64,000 nt of DNA from Torpedo marmorata (taxonomy: Eukaryota): NCBI GenBank assembly GCA_977017645.1, contig OZ360237.1, positions 8,618,001-8,682,000 on the forward strand, in the 5' to 3' direction. The position numbers were made by a program, and so were the translations under genes. The notes below the pieces were generated by a model. That model did no database searches and was not told where the DNA came from. It saw only the letters and a list, made by a program, of their open reading frames with translations. Of this stretch, positions 36,851-48,420 are shown piece after piece. Numbering within the stretch: position 1 is the stretch's first letter; each line of letters opens with the position of its first letter.

Positions 36851-37480
36851 AGATTCAAGATTCAAGATTATTTTATTGTCATGTAATAAAACATAAAATG
36901 TGATATTACATGAAATTTCCCTTAGTCTACCGTAAGGCAGACAAAGATGCTATTACGAGAAATTGACCAGCGCCCTTTACAGCCAGAGAAAGAGAAGCAA
37001 AAGAGAGTCCCCCCAGAGTCACTGAATGTCCATGGCTTGGCCTCCAGCGCTCCCGGTGCCTCTGTAAACACACAGCCTTCAGTCCAAACCATCAGCAACC
37101 CGAGCTCCAGATGCAAACCTCCGACATGATCAGGAAGTCTCCAGCACCCTCGGCACCCATTTGCATGTCGGTTCCGATACCTGGTAACCCTTTAGCCAGT
37201 CTAGAGCCACTCTCCAGCAGTCCGCAGCCTGGTGTGAGTCCTTTGACTGTAGTTGCAGCAGCCCACAGCCTGCGTGGGTTCCTCGTCTCCAGTCACCAAC
37301 AGCCAGCCGCCTGCGTGTTCTTCAGCCTCAGGGCCCCTCACTGGTCTGCCACTGTGGTCACCATCCCGTGGGTTGTCTCCTCTGCTTCTCCTTCTTAAAC
37401 AGGCGGTGTTCTCCCCGTTTTCTGGTGCCCTACTCCAGTCCTCTGCTTCCACGGAGTCTGCAATCTCTCATGGCCGCTGC
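36851..37480 (-). mobile_element. GC-rich Rex1-tailed element, copy 2 (5'-truncated, more diverged)
   Basis: Reverse complement aligns by eye to ~24672-25300, including the (GAATCTT)n tail. Confidence 0.85.
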
Positions 37481-38313
37481 AAGTGCAAGTGTGGACTGAA
37501 GCATAAACATTAACCCACCTCCATTCAAAATAATGATAAACATCTTTAACATTGTACAACGCCTTAAGAATATTATTATGCAATATGACACTAAGCCACA
37601 TAAAGTAGATACTGCAGTCTGATTCACCTGTTTGCCATGGACAGCAATGGACTTGGCGTATAGAAAATCAAGCTTGAAACTCAACCTGGTCAATTGATTT
37701 GTTCTTCCAAGTATTTAGCAGGAGTTGATTTCTGCTCATCCATCACTGAATAGTAAACTAGCAGTCTATGTTGTTGTAGGCACTACAGAAGGTAAGGGAG
37801 AAATTATTTTCATATTGCCATCAGCAATGAGTGGCCATGAGATTGAAAAGAGTAGTGTCAAGTGGTCCATTTATCAGGTCCACATTGTTATTGAATGGGC
37901 CATTGTGGCTGCATTAATACAACATTATATGTAAAATATATACAGCAGAAAATTACCTATTTACCAACTCTTTGGAATCCTTCCTGCTCAATTGAGCTTG
38001 GAAACTGTTAATAATTAAGGTTCAGATGAAATATGGTAAAGTCAGACAAAGTGATTCTGTGAGTTCCTGGCTACTCCTATAGTTGAGTAAAGTGTGCCAA
38101 AAGCAATTAGTGAGCAAAGACATGCAAAGCCAAATGGAATCCAACAGCAGCCAGAATAAAGTTCAGAAAGTGGCAGCATTATATTAGAATAAAGGAAGAC
38201 TATAATAATTACAGTTACACATTTAAAATATGTACACTTTACTATGCATTCATAATGCAAATTTAAGCAATAACAGAGAGGCTATATGTTTTCTAGTGAT
38301 GAAGAACAATGTC

Positions 38314-38820
38314 TTTCTTTTTCAATATTTTCATTAACATTGAAATTTCACATCCAAAAATACAGAGTACATATGGATATATGTTAAAATTCAAAAAGAT
38401 ACATTACACTTAAATCATATCATTTCATCCAAGGTACTCCACATTTTAATCAAACAGATTATATTATATTGATATTATATTATTTTATTATATAAAAAAA
38501 AATCTAAACCCACTACCAAGAAAGAAGTTGTTTGGCCAAAAAAAAAAGAAAGAAAAGAAAGACAGAATTCTTGTCAGAGTGATAAATTACCTCATTAGTC
38601 AACATTTCACATTTCTACCTTCATAACAAATCAAAGATTATAAAAGTAATTCAAAAAGGGTCCCCACAGTGTTTGAAAAATTGAATTCAAATCGTAAATT
38701 GAGCATCTAATCTTCTCTAAATTTAAACATGACATGACGTCACGTAGCCATTGAGCACGATTAGGCGGGGTAACGTCCCTCCATCTGAGCAACACCGCCC
38801 GTCTAGCCATAAGAGAAATA
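38314..38820 (-). mobile_element. L1/Tx1 3' end (ORF2 C-terminus + 3'UTR)
   Basis: FISLMARRAVLLRW..QWLRDV..LEKIR..FQTLWGPF. Possible TSD AAGA(A/G)CAATGTC at 38302-38313 and 38821-38832. Confidence 0.82.
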
Positions 38821-39955
38821 AAGAGCAATGTCAAGGTAGCATTTGTAATTTCCACTGTTTGTAGCTCTTTCTGCTGTGCTGCTGCCAGAAGAAAGTGAAG
38901 TTATTTTCATGATGGTTAGCACCCTCTAAATGCTAAACTTCTTGAAGTACTTAACAATGATCAAGGAGGATGCTGTAATTATTGATGGCAGCCACTTTAA
39001 GATACAAGGCAGGTGTAGTGGAATATTTAGAATCATGCTCATCAAACTCAGTGTGAAAGGCAGGAACAATTTAAAAATAATTAATCATCCCACAGCGATA
39101 TCATTAATTCAACAGATCAGGGTAAAGGTTATATGGTTTTGGTTTTTGATAGGCAAATCCCAACATAGTAAAATGATTCTAAATTAATTTTTAACCAATT
39201 AGTTTGCCAAGCTTTAAACATATTGAGCTTTGTTTGTCTGACGTGATTTGATTCTCTGCATCTCTTTCAACTGCAAAGACAATGCCATCTTTTCATTCTT
39301 CTCCTGTTTGGTGCACCAATAACATTATAAAGTGGTTTTAAGATTAAAATTAACATATTGAATATTAAGGAAGCAATTACTTTCTGATTAAAATTCACGA
39401 ATGGGGAAAATTTAAACTGTAAGACTGAAATTAATTTGGGAAATGAAAAATTCATTTTTTTTTTCTCAGAGTATGGTTCATTGAGTTTAATTTAGTTAAG
39501 CAAAATATTCTTGAAAACTTTAAAAAGTCCACCCACCCTAAAAATGAAGGTGATTTCATTTAGAATTAAATTTAAATGATATTGAAATACATATTTTTTT
39601 ATAAAATTGTTTATTTTTGCAAACAAATACAAGATTCTGACAATTTGAAATAGTAATGTGCTGTAAAAGGAAACATTTAATAAGCTGGATTCTAAGAGAG
39701 TGAAAAGATTTTTTAAAAGATGAAGTTTTATTATTACCAGTGACTAAATCTATGGAAGCAGAACCACAGCTGCATCACAATGCAACATGCTAATCTTTGG
39801 CAAAAATGACTGAAATGTTATGTTAAAGCAGCCGTAATAAAGTAGCTGTTTTAAAGTTGGAATGTGGTTTTTAAATTTCTGCAAGAATTTCTTATTTTGA
39901 ATTCAAATTGTTTTCTGTAGCAGAATACTAACATCACTTTCATTATTTCACAAGC

Positions 39956-42727
39956 CCATAGAACCATAGAGCACTACAGCACAGAAAACAGGCCATTCGG
40001 CCTTTCTAGTCTGTGCTGACCATTATTTCGCTAGTCCCACTGACCTGCTCCCATTCCATAACCCTCCAGACCTCTCCCATCCATGTATCTATCCAATTTA
40101 TTCTTAAAACACAAGATCGAGCCTGCATTCACCACACCAGATGGCAGCTCATTCCACACTCCCACCACTCTCTGAGTGAAGAATTTTCCCCTAATGTTCC
40201 CCCTAAACCTTTCCTCTTTCAGCTTAAAACTATGTCCTCTCGTATTTATCTCCCCCAATCTAAATGGAAAAAGCCTACTCGCATTCACTCTGTCTATACT
40301 TCTCATAATCTTGTAAACCTCTATCAAATCTCCCCTCATTCTTCTTCGCTCCAATGAATAAAGTCCTAATCTGTTTAATCTTTCCCTGTAACTCAACTCC
40401 TGAAGTCCCAACAACATCCTAATAAATCTTCTCTGCACTCTTTCAATCTTATTGATAACCTTCCTGTAGTTAGGCGATGAGAACTGCACATAATATTCCA
40501 GATTTGGCCTCACCAATGTCTTAAACAACTTCAACATAACATCCCAACTCCTATACTCAATACTTTGATTTATAAAGGATAAGATGCCAAAAGCTTTCTT
40601 TACAACCCTGTCCACCTGAGACGCCACCTTCGGGGAACAATATATCTGTATTCCCAGATCTCTCTGCTCCTCCGCACTCCTCAGTACCCTATCTATCATT
40701 TACTGTGTATGTCCTACCTTGGTTTGCCTTTCCAAAATGCATCACCTCACACTTGTCTGCATTAAACTCCATCTGCCATTTTTTGGCCCATTCTCCCAGT
40801 TGGCCCAGATCCCTCTGCAAGCTTTGAAAATCTTCCTCACTGTCCACAACGCCTCCTATCTTTGTGTCATCAGCAAACTTGCTGATCCAATTTACCACAT
40901 TATCATCCAGATCATTGATATATACAACAAACAACAATGGTCCCAACACGGATCCCTGAGGCACACCACTAGTCACAGGCCTCAAGTCTGAGAAGCAACC
41001 ATCCACTACCACTCTCTATTTTGTCCCACACAGCCAATTACGAATCCAGTTTACAACCTCTCCATAGATACCTAGTGTCATAACCTTCTGAACTAACCTC
41101 CCATGTGGGACCTTGTCAAAGGCTTTACTAAAGTCCATGTAGACAACATCAACAGCCTTTCCTTCATCTACCTTCTTGGTAACCTCCTCGAAAAACTCTA
41201 CAAAACTCATTTAACACGACCTACCACGCACAAAGCCATGCTGACTGTCCTTAATCAGCCCATGACTGTCCAAATACCTATATATCCTATCTCTCAGAAC
41301 TCCTTCCAATAATTTACCTACTACTGACGTCAGGCTCACCAGCCTATAATTACCTGGTTTATTTTTGGAGCCTTTTTTAAACAACGGGACAACATGAGAT
41401 ACCCTCCAATCCTCTGGCACCTTACCCGTGGCTGAGGACATTTTGAATATATCAGCCAGGGCCCCTGAAATTTCTACACTAGTCTCCCTCAAGGTCCGAG
41501 GGAATATCATATCCGGCCCGGGGGATTTATCTACCTTTATTCGCTGTAAGGCAGCAAGCACCTCTTCCTCCTTAATCTCCATATACTCCATGACACTTCT
41601 GTTTGTTTCTCTTCCTTCCTTATGCACTATGCCAGTTTCCTGAGTAAATATTGATGCAAAAAAACTGTTTAAGATCTCCCCCATTATGTGAGGCTCCACA
41701 CATAGTTGACCACTCTGATCCTCTAGGGGACCAATTTTGTCCCTTACTATCCTTTTACTCTTAATATACTTATAGAAACCCTTCGGGTTTACCTTCACAT
41801 TATCTGCCAGAGTAACCTCATGTCTTCTTTTTGCCTTCCTGATTTCTTTCTTGAGTATTTTCTTGCATTTTCTGTACTCTTCAAATACCTTATTAGCTCC
41901 TTGTTGCCTATACTTGCTATACACCTCCCTCTTCTTCTTAACCAGATCGCCAATATCCCTTGAAAACCAGGGTTCCCTATGCCTGTTAACTTTGCCTTTA
42001 ATCCAAACAGGAACATGCAAACTTTGCACTCTCAAGATTTTGCCTTTGAAGGTCATCCACTTACTTAACACACCCTTGCCAGAAAACAACATCTCCCAAT
42101 GCACACTTCCTAGATCCTTTCTCATTTCTACAAAATTTGCCTTCCTCCAATTTAGAATCCCAACATGAGGACCAGACTTATCCTTTTCCATAATTAACTT
42201 GAAGCTAATGATAATATGGTCACTGGACACAAAATGTTCACCTACACATACATCTGTCACCTGACCTGTCTTGTTCCCTAATAGGAGATCAAGTACTGCA
42301 TCCTCTCTCGTTGGTACCTCTATATATTGATTTAGAAAACTTTCCTGAACACATTTCACAAACTCCAAGCCATCAGATTATGGGAGTCCCAGTCAATATT
42401 TGGAAAGTTAATATCTCCTACTATCACAACGTTCTGCTTCTTCCATCGGTCTGCTATCTCCTACATATTTGCTCCTCCAATTCTCTCTGACTATTGGGCG
42501 GTCGATAATACATGCCTATCAGTGTGGTCACACCTTTCCCGTTCCTCAACTCCACCCATATGGCCTCTGTAGACAAATCCTCCTGGCTGTCCTGACTTCG
42601 CACAGTTGAGATATTTTCCCTGACTAGCAATGCCACTCCTCCCCCTTTCATCCCTCCCCCTCTATCACATCTGAAGCAACGGAACCCCGGAACATTAAGA
42701 TGCCAGTCCTGCCCCTCCTGCAACCAG
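39956..42727 (-). mobile_element. CR1 LINE, near-complete ORF2 (APE endonuclease + RT) broken by stops/frameshifts
   Basis: ORFs 42454-42723 (GGGVALLV, YRPPNS), 41211-42368, 41016-41210, 40689-41012 (KFADDTKIGG) and 40031-40699. Short (TCTATGGT)-like tail. Confidence 0.96.
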
Positions 42728-42868
42728 TATTTAATAATATTACAAAAATGTAAAATGACATATCAGAAAGTTTAAATTCACATTCTGCTTCATTAACTTG
42801 AGCATACAGTCCCAGCTAGCATTTCATTGAGGTTCTGAGGGAGTGTTTTTTTTTTTTAAAGATGCCAT

Positions 42869-43460
42869 TGTAAGAGCCAAAGGCCTGGTCCTTACCTGTT
42901 TGTGACCGCAGGCGTCGGCGGTGTCCACTGGGGTTTGTAGGCCGCATGCGCGAGGGCCGGCACTGTTTACAGAGCCGGATCGTGACGGCACATGCGCGGT
43001 TGGCTCGGCCCCGGCGCGTCCACCAGTATGCATGTGCCATGGAGCGTGGTGATGCATGCGCGCTCTGCTCGGCCCCGGCAGTGAGCGCTTGAAGCCGGGG
43101 CCAGCGCGTCCACCAAAGGAGCATGCACGGGTGGTTTTGCGCGCGGTAAATTTAGGTTCCCCAGCCCGTGTTGTCAGTTGCCGATCCGAGGAGGGTGAGT
43201 TAGGCAGCAATAATTTCTGTTGACCACTACGTTACGTTAAGTTACAAGTTACTTTACATGGACCGTTAAATAGAACGTTATAGGGACGTTAGAACGGAAA
43301 GTTACTTGTTAAGATTCATCTGTATTTAATACAGATGTTAGCCCTTTTGTGTTTATTAATAAAGATTGTTTGAGAAAATTCATCTTATTCAAGAAACGCG
43401 TCGCAGACAAATGCCTAACTTAGCCTCCAACCGACTATTTTAAGGAATGAAGTCGCTACA
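42869..43460 (+). mobile_element. Solo LTR, CpG-rich, inserted in an old Deu-type SINE
   Basis: TGTA...TACA termini. 5-bp TSD GCCAT at 42864-42868 and 43461-43465. AATAAA near 43358. Repeated GCATGCGC-like motifs. Confidence 0.85.
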
Positions 43461-43742
43461 GCCATCTATCAGATCTGTTAGATCAAAACCCTTTTATGTA
43501 AGCATAAAAAAGATACCAGTATTTTGTAGAAGAGAGTTCTCGCTAGTATTCCTTTCTCAAGCACAACAGTGGATTGAATAGTCATGATTTCTTTGCTACA
43601 TGTGGGACATTTTTACGTGCATATTTGCTTTTGCATTTCCGTACCTTGCAACAGAATATTTTAAAGATACCCATTGGCTATAAAGTACTTTGGGACCACT
43701 TGAAATTGTGAAAGGTGTTATATAAATGCGAGTACTTTCTTT
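43461..43742 (+). mobile_element. Old Deu-type SINE (3' part; 5' part at ~42820-42868)
   Basis: Tail ATTGGCTATAAAGTACTTTGGGAC..GTGAAAGGTGTTATATAAATGCGAGTACTTTCTTT. CTGAGGGAGTG..ATGCCAT lies left of the LTR. Confidence 0.65.
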
Positions 43743-44298
43743 AAAGTAGCTAATAATAAATCTGTTGAATTCATGATATACATCATGCTGTTAAATTTTT
43801 ATGGACACTAATGCTGAAATACTACTTGTGCTGTATGGTTACAGCATGTAACACAGTTAACTTCTCGGAGTATCATGAATATAAACAGCACTGTCCCATC
43901 AATATTTATCTAGAACATATGACAAATCTTACATCTTACTTCTTGCAAACTGTTTATAAAAGTCTTGTGTTTAAAGTTCTAATGGAAACAACCTATGTAA
44001 ACTTCTTACAATGTAATGGCACCCTCAACACCAATGGATGTATTACAGAACCACAAATGCAAAAGTACAAGTTTGAAGTGAAGATTGAAATATATCTGTA
44101 TATCCTGGTCATATTATCCTTTGGCTCCTAATTTTGGTTACAAAAAAATACACAGAATTAATTTTCCTTGTTTAGTGTAACAGGAGATCAACTGGTATTG
44201 TACATTTAAAACGTTACTTCAAAGGATAATTCCTGTCTATAAAATGTTACTTCTTGTTGGTAGATCTTTGTCACACTATGGGTGACAGAATCAATATT

Positions 44299-45588
44299 AA
44301 GGAAGTTAAAATCTGTTAAATTGATGGAAAAAATTATATTGCACTAATCTATATCTGACATTAATAATCTTAGTCATACTTAGTTTACATAATTCTTTCC
44401 AATGTTTTTCATCTATTGTTACATTCAAATCTAATTCCCATTTTAATCTTGATTTGTGAATTGCTACTTTAGGCATTTTCCTCTGTAGTAATCTATACAT
44501 TTGAGAAATAAATTTATTTACACCTCCATTAGTAACTAATAATTCAAGCTCACTTTGTCTTGGTAAAGTCAAACTATGACCCAACCTTTCAACTAAAAAT
44601 GCTTTAATTTGAAAATAAGCAAAAAATGTATTATTTAATACATTAAACTTATCTTTCATTCTTTGAAAAGTAATAAATTTACCAGCTTCAAAACAATCAT
44701 TTATTTTCTTAATTCCCTGTTGAAACCAAATTTTAAATAATTGATTATCAACAGCAAATGGAATAAGTTTATTTTGATATAAAGGCATTCTTGGCGAAAT
44801 TAAGCCTTTCGCTCCTATCTCCTTATCCACTCCATAATTTTTTCCATCAATTATATTTAACACCTAAAAAATTAAAGAAATTTAACCCGACACTCTCAGG
44901 TTTATGTTTCAGATGTAATAGAGAAGAAGGTTCTTTTGTACATTCTACATGGTTCTGTCCAAAGATTTATGATTTTTGGTTGAGAGTTAAAAAGTTTTTA
45001 GACAAAGTATTAAGAATTACACTCCCGATGGATCCTATGATATTTTTATTTGGAGATATTAAAAGAATTAGTATTAAGTTGAAATTAAATATGTATCAAA
45101 TAGAGTTTTTGAGAATTGCTTTAGCTGTTTCTAAGAAATGTATTGCTATTACTTGGAAATCTGATGTAGACTTAGGGTTAGAAAGGTGGCATGCGGAGCT
45201 TCGTTCATGTATACCACTTGAAAAAATTACTTATAATTTACGTAATAAATATCATTTCTTTTTGAAAATATGGAGCCCATATATAAAAGCGGTTGGTTTA
45301 AGGATTTGAAGGTCTCTGGATATCAGATCTGACTGGTGAACCTATTTTCCACAATAAAATTAGTCTATAGTTGTTCTTTTTTTGTAGATTGACATTCTCC
45401 TTATTCTATCTTTTTCTTTCTTTCTTTTTATTTTATAGATTAGTAGGGGTGGGAGGGTTGGGGTGGGGAGGGAGGTTGGGGGGGAGAAAATGTATCACAT
45501 GTATTTTGATAATTTTGCATTTTATTCAGTGTATTGTGTGATTTAAAATTTTAAATAAAATATTTTTAAAAAAAGGAAGTTAAAATCT
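44299..45588 (+). mobile_element. L1/Tx1 LINE 3' end with 5' inversion (inverted 44315-~44832; forward ~44833-45572)
   Basis: TSD AAGGAAGTTAAAATCT at 44299-44314 and 45573-45588. The - ORF ends RYRLVQYNFFHQ and the + ORF continues NFFHQLYLTP..CFRC..HSTWFC..LEKITY..IWSPY. G-rich 3'UTR, AATAAA, polyA. Confidence 0.93.
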
Positions 45589-45599
45589 CATGGTAATGC

Positions 45600-46145
45600 T
45601 ACCCTATTAAGTCACAGCAATCTTCAATCTGTTCCTTCAATTCCCATTTACTATTGGGGGGCGGGGGGCGGGGGCTATAATACAGTCCCAACAAAGTAAT
45701 CATTCCCTTCTAGTTTCTAAGTTTACCCAGTTAGCCTCACTGGATGATCTGACAAGAATATCCTGTCTTTAGATATTGTCTTCCCTCATCAAAGGCCTTC
45801 CCGCCTCTTCCCCCCGCCCCTCTTTTCCCTGCACCTCTATCATGCCTTTAGCATCTGTACCCTGGAACATTGAGGTGGAAAATCTTCCCTTTCTCTCTGC
45901 TATGCTTCTGTTATGACAATAATATCCCAGTCTTCTGAGCCAATCCATGCCCTGAATTTGTCTGCCTTACCTGCTATGCCTCTTGCATTAAAATAAATAC
46001 AATTTAAACCTGTGGTCTTTCCTCTGTTTTCCATGCTCCTGCCTGCCCTGACGACTAAACCTGCTCTCTTTTGAGCAAAGTTCTTTGTCCATAACTTGTG
46101 TATCTGGGTTGCACCATTCTAGTTTAAACCCTTCCAAGCAGCATG
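45600..46145 (-). mobile_element. Old CR1 remnant (start of ORF2 / endonuclease region)
   Basis: Degenerate similarity to 42490-42727 (GGGGGCTATAATA..., CTGTACCCTGGAACATTGAG). Confidence 0.55.
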
Positions 46146-46564
46146 ACTTAATTAGAACTTAAAATGTAGGTCTACTTGTGTGCTCATGGCAGGAGCAGGA
46201 GATTGTAGTTGTAGCTCATGATTCCACAATCAATTGATCATCAAAGGTCTGAAATCGCCTCGGAGGTGGCTTCCCTGAGGCAGTTAGAAACTATACTTAA
46301 TGGTTGGCTTGCTATTAAATGCTTACATCACATGGGAGAATGAAGATAATGCTCACTTTTATGATGGAGACTTTTATATAACCTTATTATGGTAAATGTA
46401 CACCCTCCTGCCATAGCACCTCAGTTTTGTATATTCTCATTATTTGGTTATGAATTAATGGATTAAAAGGGTTTACATGGGAGATAAGGCACAGAAAAAG
46501 GCAAATTGACTCATGCTTTCCATTACCGTGTTTGCATTCCTCTCAAATTGTCTCCTGTCTCTGC

Positions 46565-47341
46565 ATTCAAGTTTCAAGATTCTTTTATTATCATGTAATA
46601 AAACAGAGAATGTGATATTACACAAAATTTCCTTTAGTCTACTGTAAGGCAAAGATTCGACACCAGCAGAAATTGCCTGGCGCCCCTTTCAGACAGAGAG
46701 AGGCAAAAGAGAGTCCTCCCAGAATCATTGAATGTCCATGGCTTTGCCTCCAGCGCTCCCGCACTTTCCGCAGCCACATAGTCTTCATCCAACCATCAGC
46801 AACCTAAGCTCCAGATCCGAACCTCTGACGTGAACAGGAAGCCCCACCCTCTCGCATCCCGCTTCTGATACCTGGTACCCCTTCAGCTAGTCTCAAGCCA
46901 GTTTCCAGCAGTCAGCAGCCTGGCGTGAGTCCCTTGACCGCAGTCACCAGCAGCCCGCATCCTTTGTGCGTTCCTCGCCTTGAGTCAGCAACAGCCCGCC
47001 ACCTGTATGTTCTTCAGCCTCAGAGCCCCTCGCTGGTCCGTCACGTGGTCACTGTCCTCTGCTTCTCCTTCTCAAACGGTGGGGTGATCTCCCATTTTCT
47101 GGTGCCCTGCACCAGTCCTCTGCTTTCTCGGAGTCTGTAACCCCTCGAGGCCGCTGCCATACATAAGTGCCGCCATCTTGGACCCAGAACCTGCGGTTGC
47201 AGGATTTTAAAACAAAACACCGTCGGCTCCTTTAACAGGGCATTTAAAGCCTATATGGAGCCAACAGCAGTCACACTGGGCGGTTTGACCCCGTGGGGAA
47301 GCACTGTGTCTCCACTCCCTGCTCTCCGCGGGTCCGCGCCA
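46565..47341 (-). mobile_element. GC-rich Rex1-tailed element, copy 3 (CpG-decayed)
   Basis: Reverse complement aligns to ~24490-25295; contains CGCCATCTTG (CAAGATGGCG). Confidence 0.85.
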
Positions 47342-47925
47342 TCTAAATCTGTCAGAGGAAACTTTTATTCCCGTCTCCCTCATATGCTTGCCTGGCCTTT
47401 CATAAGTTCACCTCTATCATTCTCTTCATACACTCCCACATTCTTACCACTCCATGGGTAATTCCCTATAGAATTTCTTGGTGACTGTCTTAAATTGATG
47501 GTCTCCAGTTCTACACTTCCCAAGTGGAAACATTCTATCTGTATCCATTCCATCAACCCTTCATATAATTTTAAAGACCACTATTAGGTCACCACTCAGC
47601 GTTTGTTTCTCTGGAGAAAAGAGAATGAAACTACTTTCCTTCAACTATTCTGTTTCTCTGCTTCCTAAATTTCCATATGTTTTGCGGCATTTCTGTAACA
47701 ACATTATAAAATTACCATAACATTTAAATATACCGGTAAGCACAGAATTTATGACTGAAGTATGTCTGTGTACCTTGGACTAATTAACACCAGCTTTCAA
47801 ATCCTGTTCTTGAAATCTACACATGTCCAATTAAAAAATTAGTGGGTATAGAAAGAAAAATTGCTTTTATTTCTTGCATATTTTATGTCCACACTATTCC
47901 AGAGGGCTTCAGGGCCAATGAATTA

Positions 47926-48134
47926 CATTCAAAGTCCAAAATCCGGATGCCACAAATCCGGACCACCCAAGAATCTGGACTTCTCGACAACTCTCGACTA
48001 TTGCATGCGTGCATTGTGTGCGTGTATTGTGTGCATGCATGCATTGTGTAAGTGCCACAGATGTACTGCTGGAAATCCGAAAATCCGGACTGACCCAATT
48101 CCCGAGCAGTCCAGATTTTAGGACTTTTGCTCTG
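47926..48134. mobile_element. Tc1/mariner-pogo type MITE
   Basis: TA|CATTCAAAGTCCAAAATCCGGA...TCCAGATTTTAGGACTTTTGCTCTG|TA: imperfect TIRs with TA flanks and internal repeats of AAATCCGGA. Confidence 0.7.
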
Positions 48135-48199
48135 TAGTCATTCTTGTTATGAAGGCAAATGTACTGATTCATTTGTATGCGGCACCATCTCAGAAACAA

Positions 48200-48420
48200 C
48201 TAAGTGGGGTGAATATCAGTTGACAATGGTACTGTTTTTACCGGTAGTGCTGGGGAATACGTTATATCCATATGAACAGACATGAGAGATACAGTTTAAC
48301 ATCACATCTGAAAGGCAGCACCTCTGACTTTCCTGCAGTCCAGCAATGCTTTACTGAAATGAAGCCTAGATTATGGGGCAGAAAGCTTGAAAATGAGCTT
48401 GTGACTCTGTTCTTCTAACA
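48200..48420 (-). mobile_element. Old Deu-domain SINE remnant
   Basis: GTTTAACATCACATCTGAAAGGCAGCACCTCTGAC is the reverse complement of the Deu-like core seen at 16548-16580. Confidence 0.55.

Noticed and set aside
42816-43210. CpG-island host promoter or short GC-rich ORFs
   Set aside because: Lies within a TG..CA element with a 5-bp TSD, i.e. a solo LTR.
44791-45309. Overlapping divergent gene pair
   Set aside because: Two halves of one L1 ORF2 separated by an inversion.
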